The position numbers were made by a program, and so were the translations under genes. Under the pieces are notes generated by a model. The model saw only the letters and a program-made list of their open reading frames with translations. It was not told where the DNA came from and searched no databases. From an uncultured Acidimicrobiaceae bacterium (GTDB taxonomy: Bacteria > Actinomycetota > Acidimicrobiia > Acidimicrobiales > RAAP-2), in NCBI GenBank assembly GCA_963726135.1, contig CAVSBE010000003.1, positions 123,595 to 187,594 of the forward strand: a stretch of DNA of 64,000 bases, given 5' to 3'. Of this stretch, positions 27,080 through 37,597 are shown in pieces (positions within the stretch are counted from its first letter, which is position 1; each line of letters begins with the position of its first letter).

Positions 27080-28283
27080 TCAGACGGAGATGGGCAGCTT
27101 GGAGTAGCCGCGGACCGTGCTGGTGTAGAGGGGTACCGCGCCCTTCATGTCAACGGACCACTCCGGGAACCGCTTGAAGGTCTCCTCGAGGGCCACTCGG
27201 CCCTCCATTCGGGCCAGCGCGGCCCCCAGGCAGAAGTGGATGCCGTAGCCGAAGGACAGGTGGTGGTCGATCTTGCGATGGATGTCGAAGCGGTCCGCGT
27301 CGGGAAAGGCCCGCTCGTCCCGCCCCGCCGACCCGGTGATCATGACGACCTTCGAGTTGGCCGGGATCGTCTGGCCGTGGGCCTCGACGTCCGCCGTGCA
27401 CCACCGGCTCTGCACCGGCGACGGCGCCTCGTAGCGGAGGAGCTCCTCGACGGCGTTCGGTATCAGGCTGGCGTCAGCCGCCAGCTCGGCCCGTTGGGCC
27501 GGGTTGTTGTCCAGGGTCAGTGCCGCCCAGCCGAGGAGCCGGGCCACCGTCTCGGTCCCGGCGCTCCCGATCAGGAGGGCGAAGTTCGCCGCCTGCTGAA
27601 TCGTGAGCCGACGCAGCTGGCCGTCCTCGTCGACGATCTCGCCGTTGAGAAGGTCGGTGAACATGTCGTCCCGCGGTGAATGCTGCCGATCGGCGACCTG
27701 GGTCGACACGTAGTCCATGAGCTTGCCCATGGCCTCGGCCGACACGTCGTTGTCCATGCCCAGCTCGGGGTCGAGGTGGAAGCTCTCGTCGATCCAGCCC
27801 CGGACCATGTCCCGGTCCTCAGGCGGCACACCCAGCAACGCCGCAATGACATAGGCCGGGACACGGGCCCCGAAGTCCTGGACGTAGTCGAACGAGCTCT
27901 TTCCGACCTGCGCGTCGAGCAGGCTCACACAGAGACCGGCGAATGTCCTCTTCGAGCAGCGCCATCCGCCGCGGTGTGAAGGCCTTCGAAACGAGCCGGC
28001 GGTAACGAGTGTGGTCGGGAGGGTCCATGAAGATCATGATCTCCATGGGGGCCGGTTCTGGTCCGATCATCTCCAACACCGTGCCGTGCGAGGAGCAGAA
28101 GGACTGCGGGTCGCGGCTGAAGGCGTCCACGTCTGCGAAGCGGCTGACGGCATAGAAGTCCAGCTGCTCGTTGTAATAGAGCGGCGCCTCGTCGCGCAGG
28201 CGCTTCCAGATCGGATGGGGGTCGACCTTGTACTTCTCGTCGAGGGGATCCCAAGCAAGTGGCTCGATGTCAAGCGCAGTCAT
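27080..28283 (-). CDS. Cytochrome P450, single frameshift near 27925-27935
   Basis: The N-terminal frame (27819-28283) has FMDPPDHTRYRRLVSKAFTP. The C-terminal frame (27080-27928) has the EELLRYEAP (ExxR) motif and heme loop FGYGIHFCLGAALAR. Confidence 0.85.
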
Positions 28284-28295
28284 GGCGATCCCCTT

Positions 28296-29088
28296 TCAGA
28301 CACCGATATGGGACTCGTCCCAGAGCTTGATCCCGCCGAGGATACCCGCCGTGTTGTCCACCACGGTAAGGCGCTCCAGCACCTCGCCGAGATCGCGCCG
28401 GTTGATGCGCTGCGCGTTGCCACCGCCGATGTACAGGTGGTCGAAGAAGGACAGCGCATCGAAGTAGGCGATCATCTTTCGCACCCGTCCGTTCCACTTG
28501 TCGTCGCCGATCCTCTTGCGCACCGGCTCACCGAGTTGCTCGTTGAAGGCCTCGCCCTTGCGAAACTCGAGGTGCGAGAACTCCAGGTGGGGCAGAAGCC
28601 GGCCGTCCATGAAGAAGGCCGTGCCGACACCGGTGCCCAGGGTGATCACCGCCTCGAAGCCGCTGCCCTCGACCACGGCCAGGCCCTGGACGTCGGCGTC
28701 ATTGGCCACACGGCAGGGCTTGCCGATCGAGTGCGCGAGCGCGTGGGCCAGGTCGAAGCCGCGACCATGCCTTCACGAGCTCGGGGAGGACCTTGGTGCC
28801 GGGGCCCTTCTCGGTCACGAAGTGGGGTGCGCTGAGGATGTCACCCTTTCGGACCATGCCCGGGAAGCCGGCGGACGTGCGGTCGGCCGTGGGGAGCTTG
28901 TCCGCCAAGGAGGTGAGCTGCTCGACCAAACGGTCGGGCGGCATGGGGTAGGTGGTCGCGATCTTGACCCTGTCGGCCACGAACGCGCCGTCCTTGTCGA
29001 GGACGTCGGCCTTGAGCCCGGTGCCGCCGATGTCGATGGACAGCGTGAAGGGGCGCCGATGCGCCGAGCTGGTCGAGGTTTCGGTCAC
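28296..29088 (-). CDS. ROK family / polyphosphate glucokinase-like, frameshift near 28700-28790
   Basis: N-terminus FTLSIDIGGTGLKADVLD. C-terminal frame VANDADVQGLAVVEGSGFEAVITLGTGVGTAFFMDGRLLPHLEFSH. Confidence 0.8.
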
Positions 29089-29140
29089 CCGAGAAACTGT
29101 AGCCAGGCGGACTGATTCGGTCCCGGTGGAACCGGCCCCG

Positions 29141-29791
29141 TCATCCCCGGAGGACGTTGCGGATGACGCGGCGGAGCATGTCCGCCAACTCCCTGTCGGT
29201 CGTCGACGAGAAGGCGTCGCCGGAGAGGAAGAGGCTCGAGAACACGACGCCGAAGGACGCGGCCATGCGCACCCGGTCCTCCAAGGGCACCCGGGTGTCG
29301 GCCAGCACCGTGCGGAAGCGGTTCTGCAGATCCTCGTGCTCGGCGTCGTGGTCCTTGCGGTGCAGCTTCTCGAGGGCGGCCTGGTTCCGCTCGTGCATGA
29401 GGAAGATCTTGCGCTGGTCCATCATCTGGTCGACGATCTGGTCGAGGAGCTCGCCCCAGAGCTCGAGGGTGACCGGGCCCTCCCCCATCCTCCGCAGGGA
29501 GTCCTTGCCGAACTCGTGGAGGCGCAGGTGCAGCGCCATGAGGATGTCGTCCTTCGACTCGAAGTGGTAGTAGAGGGCCGCCTTGGTGACGCCCAGCTGT
29601 TCGGCGATCTGCCGCAGGCTGGTGCCGTCGAACCCCTGCTCGATGAAGAGGTCGAGGGCCGCATCGAGGATGCGCTGGCGGGTGTCAGGGGTCGGGTCGG
29701 CCGCGGGAGCGACGCCCGGGCCCGGCTCTGCGACACTGTCGAGAAGGGACTGTTCATCTGGTTCTGCGTGCGTCGCAGCGGTCCGGGACAT
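29141..29791 (-). CDS. TetR family transcriptional regulator
   Basis: Start at MSRTAAT. HTH region RQRILDAALDLFIEQGFDGTSLRQIAEQLGVTKAALYYHFESKDDIL. Divergent from an ABC exporter operon. Confidence 0.85.
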   Translation of the reverse strand: MSRTAATHAEPDEQSLLDSVAEPGPGVAPAADPTPDTRQRILDAALDLFIEQGFDGTSLRQIAEQLGVTKAALYYHFESKDDILMALHLRLHEFGKDSLRRMGEGPVTLELWGELLDQIVDQMMDQRKIFLMHERNQAALEKLHRKDHDAEHEDLQNRFRTVLADTRVPLEDRVRMAASFGVVFSSLFLSGDAFSSTTDRELADMLRRVIRNVLRG

Positions 29792-29802
29792 TCGCCTCAA
29801 CT

Positions 29803-29872
29803 CTACTTGACGGCAGGTAAGTATGACTTCTACCATGCCTCAGGGAGCCGAGTCTACTGACCGACAGGTAAG
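29803..29872. promoter_or_regulatory. Two 19-nt direct repeats in the TetR/ABC divergent intergenic region (candidate operator)
   Basis: ctacttgacggcaggtaag (29803-29821) and ctactgaccgacaggtaag (29854-29872). The second ends 6 nt before the ABC gene ATG at 29879. Confidence 0.35.
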
Positions 29873-29878
29873 GAAGCC

Positions 29879-30916
29879 ATGGGACCTGAGCTGATGATCG
29901 AGGCCGAGGGGCTGACCAAGCGCTACGGCGAGACCCGGGCCCTGGCCGGCGTCGGCTTCTCTGTCCCGGCCGGCACAATCCTCGGGCTGCTCGGCCCGAA
30001 CGGGGCGGGGAAGACCACCGCGGTGCGGATACTGACCACTCTGGCCCTACCCGATTCGGGACGGGGCGCCGTGGCTGGGATCGACGTGGTGAAGCAGCCC
30101 GGAGAGGTGCGGCGCCACATCGGCGTGGCGGCCCAGGATGCGACACTCGATCCGTTGTTGACAGGACGCCAGAACCTCACGATGGTCGGCGAGCTGTCCG
30201 ACATGGGCCGGGCGTCGTCGCGGAGCAGGGCAGCCGAGCTCTTGGCGCAGTTCGAGCTGACCGACGCCGCCGACAGGGTGCTCAAGGGCTACTCGGGCGG
30301 CATGCGCCGGCGCCTCGACCTGGCTGCCTCGCTGATGACGCGACCGCCGGTCTTGTTCTTGGACGAACCAACCACCGGGCTCGACCCGACCAGCCGCCAG
30401 CGCGTGTGGGAGGCCATCCGGGAACTGCTCGGCCAGGGCGTCACCGTGCTGTTGACGACGCAGTACCTCGAGGAGGCCGACGCACTGGCGAACCGGATCG
30501 TCGTCGTCGACCATGGCCGCGTGATCGCCGAGGGGACGCCGTTGGAATTGAAGGAGGCGAGCCGCAGCGCCCATCTCGAGGTGACGCTCGCGACACCCCA
30601 CCCCGAGGCGGTCGGTGCGATCGCGCCGCTCGTGTCCGGGCGGGTCCACGTCAACGATGACGGCCGACGGTTGAGTGCGGGCGTGGACACGTCCGCCGGC
30701 TTGGCCACCGCCGTCGTGCGGGCGCTCGATGCGGCGGGTGTGCTGGTCGACAACATCGAAGTGCGGCAGCCGTCGCTCGACGACGTGTTCTTCTCCCTGA
30801 CCGGCGGACACATCGAAGAGGACGGCGCGGAGGAGGAAGCCGGCGATGGCGCGTCCACCGCAGGTGCCACCGCGGACGGTGACGGCCGTCACGAGCTCGA
30901 GGGGGTACGGGGATGA
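29879..30916 (+). CDS. ABC transporter ATP-binding protein (DrrA-like)
   Basis: Walker A GLLGPNGAGKTT, signature YSGGMRRRL, Walker B VLFLDEPTTGLD. Confidence 0.9.
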   Translation: MGPELMIEAEGLTKRYGETRALAGVGFSVPAGTILGLLGPNGAGKTTAVRILTTLALPDSGRGAVAGIDVVKQPGEVRRHIGVAAQDATLDPLLTGRQNLTMVGELSDMGRASSRSRAAELLAQFELTDAADRVLKGYSGGMRRRLDLAASLMTRPPVLFLDEPTTGLDPTSRQRVWEAIRELLGQGVTVLLTTQYLEEADALANRIVVVDHGRVIAEGTPLELKEASRSAHLEVTLATPHPEAVGAIAPLVSGRVHVNDDGRRLSAGVDTSAGLATAVVRALDAAGVLVDNIEVRQPSLDDVFFSLTGGHIEEDGAEEEAGDGASTAGATADGDGRHELEGVRG

Positions 30917-31770
30917 CGACGACCACCTTGACGCCCTCAGCCGCCGGTTTCGATCGCCCCCATGCGGGCGGGAGCGTGTTCGGCGCCCTGGCGGACACCT
31001 GGGCCATGACCCGGCGCAACCTCGTGCACATTTCGCGGGAGCCCATGCAGCTCTCGGACGTCACGCTCCAGCCCCTGCTCTTCACGGTGCTGTTCGTGTA
31101 CATCTTCGGAGGCGCCATCCCGATCCCCGGCGGCGGGAGCTACGTGGACTTCCTGCTCGCGGGCATCCTCGCGCTGAACCTGGTGACGTCGACCATGGGC
31201 ACGGCGGTGGGGCTGAGCACTGATCTGCACGAGGGCATGATCGACCGCTTCCGCACCCTCCCCATGTGGCGCTCCGCGGTGTTGGTCGGGCGCTCCATGG
31301 CCGACCTGCTGACGTCCCTGCTGTGCGCCCTGATCGTGGCGGTGACCGGACTCGTCATCGGATGGCGGCCGGGAGCGAACGTCATCTCGATCGTCGGAGG
31401 CTTCGCGCTCTTGTTGTTCTTCGCCTACTCGGTGTCGTGGGTCTCGGCCTGCGTCGGCATGAACTCGAAGAGCCCCGAGTCGGCCGCCTCGTTCGGCTTC
31501 ATCGTGCTCTTCCCGATGACCTTCGTCTCCAACGCCATGGTGCCCACGCAGCACATGCCCGGCTGGCTGCAGGCCATCGCCAACTGGAACCCGGTCAGCG
31601 CAGTCGTGGCCGGGGCCCGGGTGTTGTGGGGCAACCCGAATCCGTCCGGCACGATTCACGCCTGGCCCATGCAGCATCCCATTGAGGCCGCGTTGATCTG
31701 GTCGGTGGCGATCCTGGCCCTGGCCGCTCCGTTGGCGGCGCACTACTTCAAGCAGCGGACGACGGAGTAG
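30913..31770 (+). CDS. ABC-2 type transporter permease
   Basis: 285 aa with multiple hydrophobic helices. Its start overlaps the ATPase stop. Confidence 0.85.
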   Translation: MTTTTLTPSAAGFDRPHAGGSVFGALADTWAMTRRNLVHISREPMQLSDVTLQPLLFTVLFVYIFGGAIPIPGGGSYVDFLLAGILALNLVTSTMGTAVGLSTDLHEGMIDRFRTLPMWRSAVLVGRSMADLLTSLLCALIVAVTGLVIGWRPGANVISIVGGFALLLFFAYSVSWVSACVGMNSKSPESAASFGFIVLFPMTFVSNAMVPTQHMPGWLQAIANWNPVSAVVAGARVLWGNPNPSGTIHAWPMQHPIEAALIWSVAILALAAPLAAHYFKQRTTE

Positions 31771-31778
31771 CAGGATCC

Positions 31779-33191
31779 GTGACAGCTGCTCCATGGCTGG
31801 AGGACGCCTGCTCCCTCGTCGACGCCTTCCGGGACGGGACGATCTCGCCGACCGAGGCCCTCGAGGGGTCGCTGGCGGCGATCGCCGCCTCCAAGCTCAA
31901 CGCCGTGTGCTTCGTCGACGAGGAACGGGCGCGGGAGTCGGCCGCCGCCGCCGACGTCAACCTGCCCTTCGGCGGCGTGCCGATCGGCGTGAAGGAGCTC
32001 GACCCGGTCAACGGCTGGCCGCAGACGGAAGCGTCGCTGGTGTTCAAGGACCGGATCTGCGACTACGACGGCACCATGACGGCACGGCTCCGGGCGGCCG
32101 GTGCCGTGTTGGTCGGCCAGACGACGGCGTCGGAGTTCGGTGGCATCAATTGCACCTCCACCCGTCTGCACGGTGCGACCTCGAACCCCTACGACCTCGA
32201 ACGCACACCCGGCGGCTCGTCCGGGGGCTCGGCCGCGTCGGTCGCCGGCGGGCTCCTGCCGATCTGCACCGGCGGTGACGGCGGTGGCTCCATCCGGATC
32301 CCGGCCGGCTTCACCGGCCTCTTCGGCCTCAAGTCGACCTTCGGGCGGATCCCGAAGGGACCGAAGACCGAGATCGAGCCGCTCACCGCCGTCCTCGGGT
32401 GCGTCTCGCGCTCGGTACGTGACGCCGCCCGCTGGTTCGACGCCTGCAACGGCGGCGACGAGTACGACCCCTTCTCGCTGCCCCGGGTCGAGGGCTGGGA
32501 GGCCGGCCTCGGCCACCAGGAGGTGCGTGGGAAGCGGGTCGCCGTGTCGGTCGACCTGGGTGCGGCCATTGTGGCGTCCGCCGTGCGGAACAAGGTCGAG
32601 GAGGCGGCGGACCTGCTGATCGAGGACGCCGGGCTGGCGAGGGTCGACGTGCCCATCGAGCTGCCACGGGGCGGCCTGGAGTGGGCACTCGCCGGCACGG
32701 CGAGCCTGCTCGTCGGCCTCGGTCAGCTCTACCCCGGCTGCGAGCCGGAGCTCACGCCCGAGATCATGCTGGCGGCCAACATCGCGACAAATCACTACAA
32801 CGTCGACACCGCCAGGAACATCGAGGCATTCCGCCGGCAGATCATCGTGCAGATGGCGCAGATCTTCGAGCAGGTCGATTTCATCGTCTGTGCAACCAAC
32901 CCCGACGTGGCCTTCGGCGCCCAGGGGCCGATGCCGACGACGATCGACGGGGTGGACCTCGTCGCGCAACACGGGTTCGAGGCCGCAGTGGGGAACAACG
33001 GTGCCCTGACCATCCCCGCCAACACGACCGGGCACCCGGCCGCAGCGATCCCCATCGGGCTCGTCGACGGTCTGCCCGTGTCGTTGCAGGTCATCGGGCG
33101 CCGGCACGCGGAGCAGTTGCTGCTCGACCTGGCCCGCATCGTCGAACTCGAGCGACCATGGCCCTTGGTGGCCCCCGGCGCGCCGATCTGA
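31779..33191 (+). CDS. Amidase (amidase signature family)
   Basis: 470 aa with the AS motif TPGGSSGGSAASVAGG and a GGDGGGSIRIPA block. Confidence 0.9.
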   Translation: MTAAPWLEDACSLVDAFRDGTISPTEALEGSLAAIAASKLNAVCFVDEERARESAAAADVNLPFGGVPIGVKELDPVNGWPQTEASLVFKDRICDYDGTMTARLRAAGAVLVGQTTASEFGGINCTSTRLHGATSNPYDLERTPGGSSGGSAASVAGGLLPICTGGDGGGSIRIPAGFTGLFGLKSTFGRIPKGPKTEIEPLTAVLGCVSRSVRDAARWFDACNGGDEYDPFSLPRVEGWEAGLGHQEVRGKRVAVSVDLGAAIVASAVRNKVEEAADLLIEDAGLARVDVPIELPRGGLEWALAGTASLLVGLGQLYPGCEPELTPEIMLAANIATNHYNVDTARNIEAFRRQIIVQMAQIFEQVDFIVCATNPDVAFGAQGPMPTTIDGVDLVAQHGFEAAVGNNGALTIPANTTGHPAAAIPIGLVDGLPVSLQVIGRRHAEQLLLDLARIVELERPWPLVAPGAPI

Positions 33192-33485
33192 GACTGATCC
33201 TCCGGCGCCTCTCGAGCCCTGCGCGCGGCGTTCGCGTGACCGATCGGCAACCCACGGCCCGCCAGCGTCCGGCGGGCGTCCGGGGTGACACGTCGTCGCC
33301 GGCGTCAGTCGCAACCAGCTCGCAATTCGACTGCAACCTCTGGCCGCGACGAAACGGCGCCGCGGTGACGGCGCCGCGCGGAAGGACCATCCGTCTGGCC
33401 TTGAGTTTTGGGGTTCCGTTGAGACTTTCTGTGACTTTCGGTACCTGCGCTCCAACGATGGTTTGTCATACCCTGTCCCAGGCAC

Positions 33486-34991
33486 ATGGCGGAAGAGATG
33501 CTCTTCACAGTTGCCGGATCCGTCGCGATGCCGGCGCAGATGATCTCGCTGGAGGAGGCGGGCCTCGAGGAACGCGCGGATCTCCAGGAATGGGTGCTCT
33601 CGAACCCCGCCATCCTCGGCCCCGCCATCAAGGTGATCACGTTCGAATTCGACGGGCTGCCGGGACCTGCCGGGGGGAGCCGGGACCGCATCACCGTTCT
33701 CGGCCTGGGCGCCGACGGCCGGTTGGTCATCGGCGAGCTGAAGAGCGGCCGGACCCCTGACACCGAGGTCAACGCCATCAAGTACGCCGCCATGGCCAGC
33801 CGCTCTCTCCCCGAGACCCTCGCCGACCATTACGCCCGCTTCCAGGCCCGTCGCCAGATGCCCGTCACGCCTGACGAGGCGCTGGCCGACCTGCAGGCTC
33901 ACGCCCCCGACCTCTCGCAGGAGTCGCTCCGGCGTCCGCGCATCGTCCTGCTCGCCCGGGATTTCTCCCCCGTCGTCACCGCCAGTGTCGTCTGGCTCAG
34001 CGAGATGGGACTCGACATCTCCCTCGTCCAGATCAGTGCCTTCCGGTCCTACGTCTACGGACAGTTGGGCAGCGGCAACGTGCCCATGATCTCCGTCAGC
34101 CAGCTCTACCCCCTCCGCGAGATCGAGGAGTTCACCATCAGCCCCGAGCGCCAGCTGGCCAAGGAGATGGCCGAGTCGCGCCGGCGCGTGCAGGACGCCA
34201 GCACCGTGCGCCGGCTCGTCACAGCCGAGACAGTGGCCGACGGGACGATCTTCACCCTCAGCCCTCGCAGCGACCTCAGCTTCGACATGCGGAGCCAGCT
34301 CGAGGAGTGGCTGCACGAAGACCCGGCGCGCCGGACCGCACACTGGCAGAACAACCTCAACGCGCCGTTGGTGTGGGACGTCGACAAGACGGTGTACACG
34401 CCGGCGAGCCTGGTCCGCCACATCGTCGAGGAGGCCACCGGGGTCACCCGCGACTGGTTCGGCACGCAGTGGTGGCGCGACCCCGCCGGATGGACGCTCG
34501 TCGAGCTCGCCGGGCCGCTCAACGGTGGCAAGGGTGCTCTCTATCGCGACTACTGGTCGCGCTGGCTCGAAAAGGTCCGCATCGAGCACGGCCACTGGAC
34601 CCAGATGTCCACCCTGCCGGCGCAGAACTTCATCACGCTGCCCTCCCCCGTCAGGGGCACGCACTACGGGCTGGCCTTCGCGGCCGGCGGCCGGCTGCGC
34701 TCCGACTTCTACGTCGACCTCGGTTCCGCCGAGGAGAGCGCCGCGCAATTCGAGGTCCTCCAATCGCAGCAGCAGCTGGTCGAGTCGGTCTACGGCGGCC
34801 CGCTGTCGTGGGAGCGCCTCCCCGACCGTGGGGCCTACCGCATCGCCGACTACAGCGAGGGCGAGGTCACCACGGTGGAGGACTACGCGTTCTACATCGA
34901 TTGGATGATCGACGCCCAGGAACGCCTGCGCCAGGCCGTCAATGCCGTCCTGCGCAGCGGCGAGCCGCCGGACCCGTTCGATCGCCGCTGA
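33486..34991 (+). CDS. NucS/DUF91-like PD-(D/E)XK nuclease domain fused to a DUF4268-like C-terminal domain
   Basis: N-terminus EERADLQEWVLSNPAILGPAIKVITFEF...DRITVLGLGADGRLVIGELKSGRT...NAIKYAAM (D...ExK layout). C-terminus YWSRWLEKV...HYGLAFAAGGRLRSDFYVDLG...FEVLQSQQQLVESVYGGPLSWERL. Preceded by about 290 bp of non-coding DNA. Confidence 0.65.
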   Translation: MAEEMLFTVAGSVAMPAQMISLEEAGLEERADLQEWVLSNPAILGPAIKVITFEFDGLPGPAGGSRDRITVLGLGADGRLVIGELKSGRTPDTEVNAIKYAAMASRSLPETLADHYARFQARRQMPVTPDEALADLQAHAPDLSQESLRRPRIVLLARDFSPVVTASVVWLSEMGLDISLVQISAFRSYVYGQLGSGNVPMISVSQLYPLREIEEFTISPERQLAKEMAESRRRVQDASTVRRLVTAETVADGTIFTLSPRSDLSFDMRSQLEEWLHEDPARRTAHWQNNLNAPLVWDVDKTVYTPASLVRHIVEEATGVTRDWFGTQWWRDPAGWTLVELAGPLNGGKGALYRDYWSRWLEKVRIEHGHWTQMSTLPAQNFITLPSPVRGTHYGLAFAAGGRLRSDFYVDLGSAEESAAQFEVLQSQQQLVESVYGGPLSWERLPDRGAYRIADYSEGEVTTVEDYAFYIDWMIDAQERLRQAVNAVLRSGEPPDPFDRR

Positions 34992-34992
34992 G

Positions 34993-35844
34993 TCACGACG
35001 TCCGCAGCTTCCACACCGCCAGTGGCGCGAAGACCGCGACGAGCCCGACCGTCCACAACAGCGAGGGCACCAGATAGTACGAAAGCGAGTGCCCGAGCAG
35101 CTGTTGGGCCGCCGGGCCGCCCGTGAGCAGTCGCACCGTGTTGATCATCTGCGTCATGGGCTGGTTGGTGGCGAAGGCCTGCATCCAACCCGGCATCGTC
35201 GCCACCGGCACGTAGGCCGAGGAGACGAAGCTGAGTGGGAAGACGAGGAACGACAGGCTCTGCGCCGCCTGCGGGCTTCCGGCCGCCAGGCCCATGAAGA
35301 TGAACATCCACACGAAGGCGAAGCCGTAGACGATGGTCAGGCCGAACGCGGCCAGCGCGTCCCCGACGGAGCCACCGATGCGAAAGCCCACGGCGAAGCC
35401 CACCGCCGTCATGACGATGACGCCCCAGGCGACGAGCGCCGAGTCGGCGCCCACCCGACCCGTGATGATGGACAGAAGGCGGATCGGCAGTGAGCGCAGA
35501 CGGTCGAAGAGCCCGCCCTCCTGGTCGTCGGCCACGCCGCTCGCCGCGCTCATGCCCTGGAAGAGCACGCCGGTGACGACGAAGCCCGGCACCAGGAAGT
35601 CCACGTAGTTGAGGTTCCCGGTGTGGGCGATCGCCCCGCCGAAGACGTAGCGGAAGATGAGCAGGAAGAGCACCCCCTGGGCGGTGCCCGCGACGATCAG
35701 CGCCGGGCTGCGGACGAACTTCTTGAGCGTCCGGCCCGCCACCTGGCTCGAGGCGGCGAGATACGACGCCCCCTGGTTCGTCACCGCCCCTTTGCGTCCG
35801 CGGCCCGCCTGGCGCGGCGGATCGAGGGTCAGGTCCATGGTCAT
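34993..35844 (-). CDS. ABC-2 type transporter permease
   Basis: Start at MTMDLTL (283 aa), with an ATGA overlap with the upstream ATPase stop. It has about 6 hydrophobic helices. Confidence 0.85.
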   Translation of the reverse strand: MTMDLTLDPPRQAGRGRKGAVTNQGASYLAASSQVAGRTLKKFVRSPALIVAGTAQGVLFLLIFRYVFGGAIAHTGNLNYVDFLVPGFVVTGVLFQGMSAASGVADDQEGGLFDRLRSLPIRLLSIITGRVGADSALVAWGVIVMTAVGFAVGFRIGGSVGDALAAFGLTIVYGFAFVWMFIFMGLAAGSPQAAQSLSFLVFPLSFVSSAYVPVATMPGWMQAFATNQPMTQMINTVRLLTGGPAAQQLLGHSLSYYLVPSLLWTVGLVAVFAPLAVWKLRTS

Positions 35845-36810
35845 GCTGCGTCCTCCTTCGGAGTCATGTCGGTCGTGGTGTGCCCGGTGAGGGCGAGGAA
35901 CACCTCGTCGAGGGTGGGCCGGCGGAGGGCGATGTCCTCCACCGGGACTGCGGCGTCGTCGAGGGCCCGGACGACGATGGGCAGCAGCCGCGAGCCGCTC
36001 GGCGCGACGATGGAGCAACGCCGCGTTGCCGGGTCGGTGGCCGGCTCGGCCACGCCGAGCGACCCGAGCACCTCGGCCGCCCGCTGCATGGTGGGGAAGT
36101 CGACGGTGTGCAGCTCGACCATGTCGGCGCCCACCCGTGACTTCAGCTCGTCGGGCGTGCCCTGGGCGATGACGCGTCCGTCGTCGATGATGACGATGGA
36201 GGACGCCAGGTGGTCGGCCTCGTCGAGATACTGCGTCGTCAGCACGATGTCGGTTCCGGCCCAACTCATCTCCCGGATGGCGTCCCACACCTCGTTGCGG
36301 CTCCCCGGATCGAGCCCGGTGGTCGGCTCGTCGAGGAGCAGGACAGCGCGGGGAGCCGACCAGGCTCGCCCCGAGGTCGAGCCGCCGGCGCATCCCGCCG
36401 GAATAGGTCCGGACCTGGCGGTCGGCGGCATCCACCAGATCCATCTGCTCGAGGATCCGCGCCGCGCTCTGCTTGGCCGCACCGGCAGACTGCCCGTAGA
36501 GGCGGGCCACCATGACCAGGTTCTCCCGGCCGGTCATCATCTCTTCGACCGCGGCCGACTGGCCGGCCAGGCCGATCATGCGCCGCACCGCCAAGGCGTC
36601 GTGGACGGCGTCATGGCCGCCGACGAGCAGTGACCCGCGGTCCGGCTGGAGCAGCGTCGCCACCATGCGGATGAACGTGGTCTTGCCCGCGCCGTTGGGC
36701 CCGAGGATGGCCACGGGTTTGCCCGCCGGCAGCGTGAGAGAGAAGTCGGACAGCGCCCGGACCTTCCCGAACTTCTTGCTGAGGCCGTCGGCCTCGATGA
36801 GCGCGTCCAT
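35841..36810 (-). CDS. ABC transporter ATP-binding protein, frameshift near 36360-36480
   Basis: N-terminal frame GPNGAGKTT ... YSGGMRRRLDLG. The second frame continues LLLDEPTTGLDP ... VLTTQYLDEADHLA. Confidence 0.85.
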
Positions 36811-36951
36811 CGGCGCGCCTCCTTTCGTCGGAGAGCCCGCTCGACGGAGGTCGCCTACGCTCTTCGGTGCTGCCTCGGGCGAAGGCCCCTCGTGGGTCGG
36901 GCTCGTGGTTGTGTGGGCTCGGGGCCGCGTGGTGCAACACGCGGCCCCGGG

Positions 36952-37597
36952 TCATTCAAGGTTCGTGTCGAAGTTGAACTGCACCTCCTCGGGGTTGAAG
37001 CCTTCGGTGTGGAACATGCGCCACATGTCGAGCCCCTCGAGCGTGCCCGCTGTCATGTCGTCGATGAGTCCGTTGACGAACTTCAGCTCGGCGACGAGCT
37101 GTTGCTCCTCGTACTCGGTCTCCAGCTCGAAAATGCGGGGCAACCCGGCTTCGCGCGCCGCCTTCATGGCGCTGCGGATGGCGACCACCTTCATCTTCGA
37201 GCGCGTCGGCCCGCGCCCGGAGCGCGGCGAGGGCGTCGTCGGGATCGAGCGATGGAAGGAAGGACAGGCCGGCCATGAAGGCCGGGTACTCCTTGGTGGG
37301 GACGCCGATGAGCTCGGTCATCCAGTCGTCCATCTCCCTGCTGCCGTCGTCGGTGATCTCGTACACGGTGCGCTGGGGGCGCTTGCCCTCCCGCACGGTG
37401 CCGGTCGCCTTGATGAAGCCCTTCTTCTCGAGCACCTCGACCACGGCGTAGAGCGAGCCGTAATTGAGACGGACGCTCTCCTGCTTGGCCCGTTGCCGCA
37501 GGGTCTGTGCCACCTCGTAGGGGTGCATCGGCTTCTCGTAGAGGCAGACCAGTACGGCCAGGGCGAGGGGATTGGAGCGGGACCATCTCGGTGGCAC
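36952..37597 (-). CDS. PadR family transcriptional regulator, frameshift near 37190-37200
   Basis: PLALAVLVCLYEKPMHPYEVAQTLRQR...YGSLYAVVEVLEKKGFIKATGTVREGKRPQRTVYEITDDG. The C-terminal helices are in frame 36952-37194. Confidence 0.75.

Noticed and set aside
31743-34763. 1006-aa ORF on the minus strand, and similar giants: 48971-51325 (+), 54989-57349 (-), 58428-60869 (+), 58675-60492 (-), 46389-47942 (+), 52432-53817 (-), 24421-25581 (-)
   Set aside because: They run antisense or out of frame across several well-supported genes and are dominated by Arg/Gly/Pro/Ala/Asp with no motifs. They are typical stop-codon-poor shadow ORFs of high-GC DNA.
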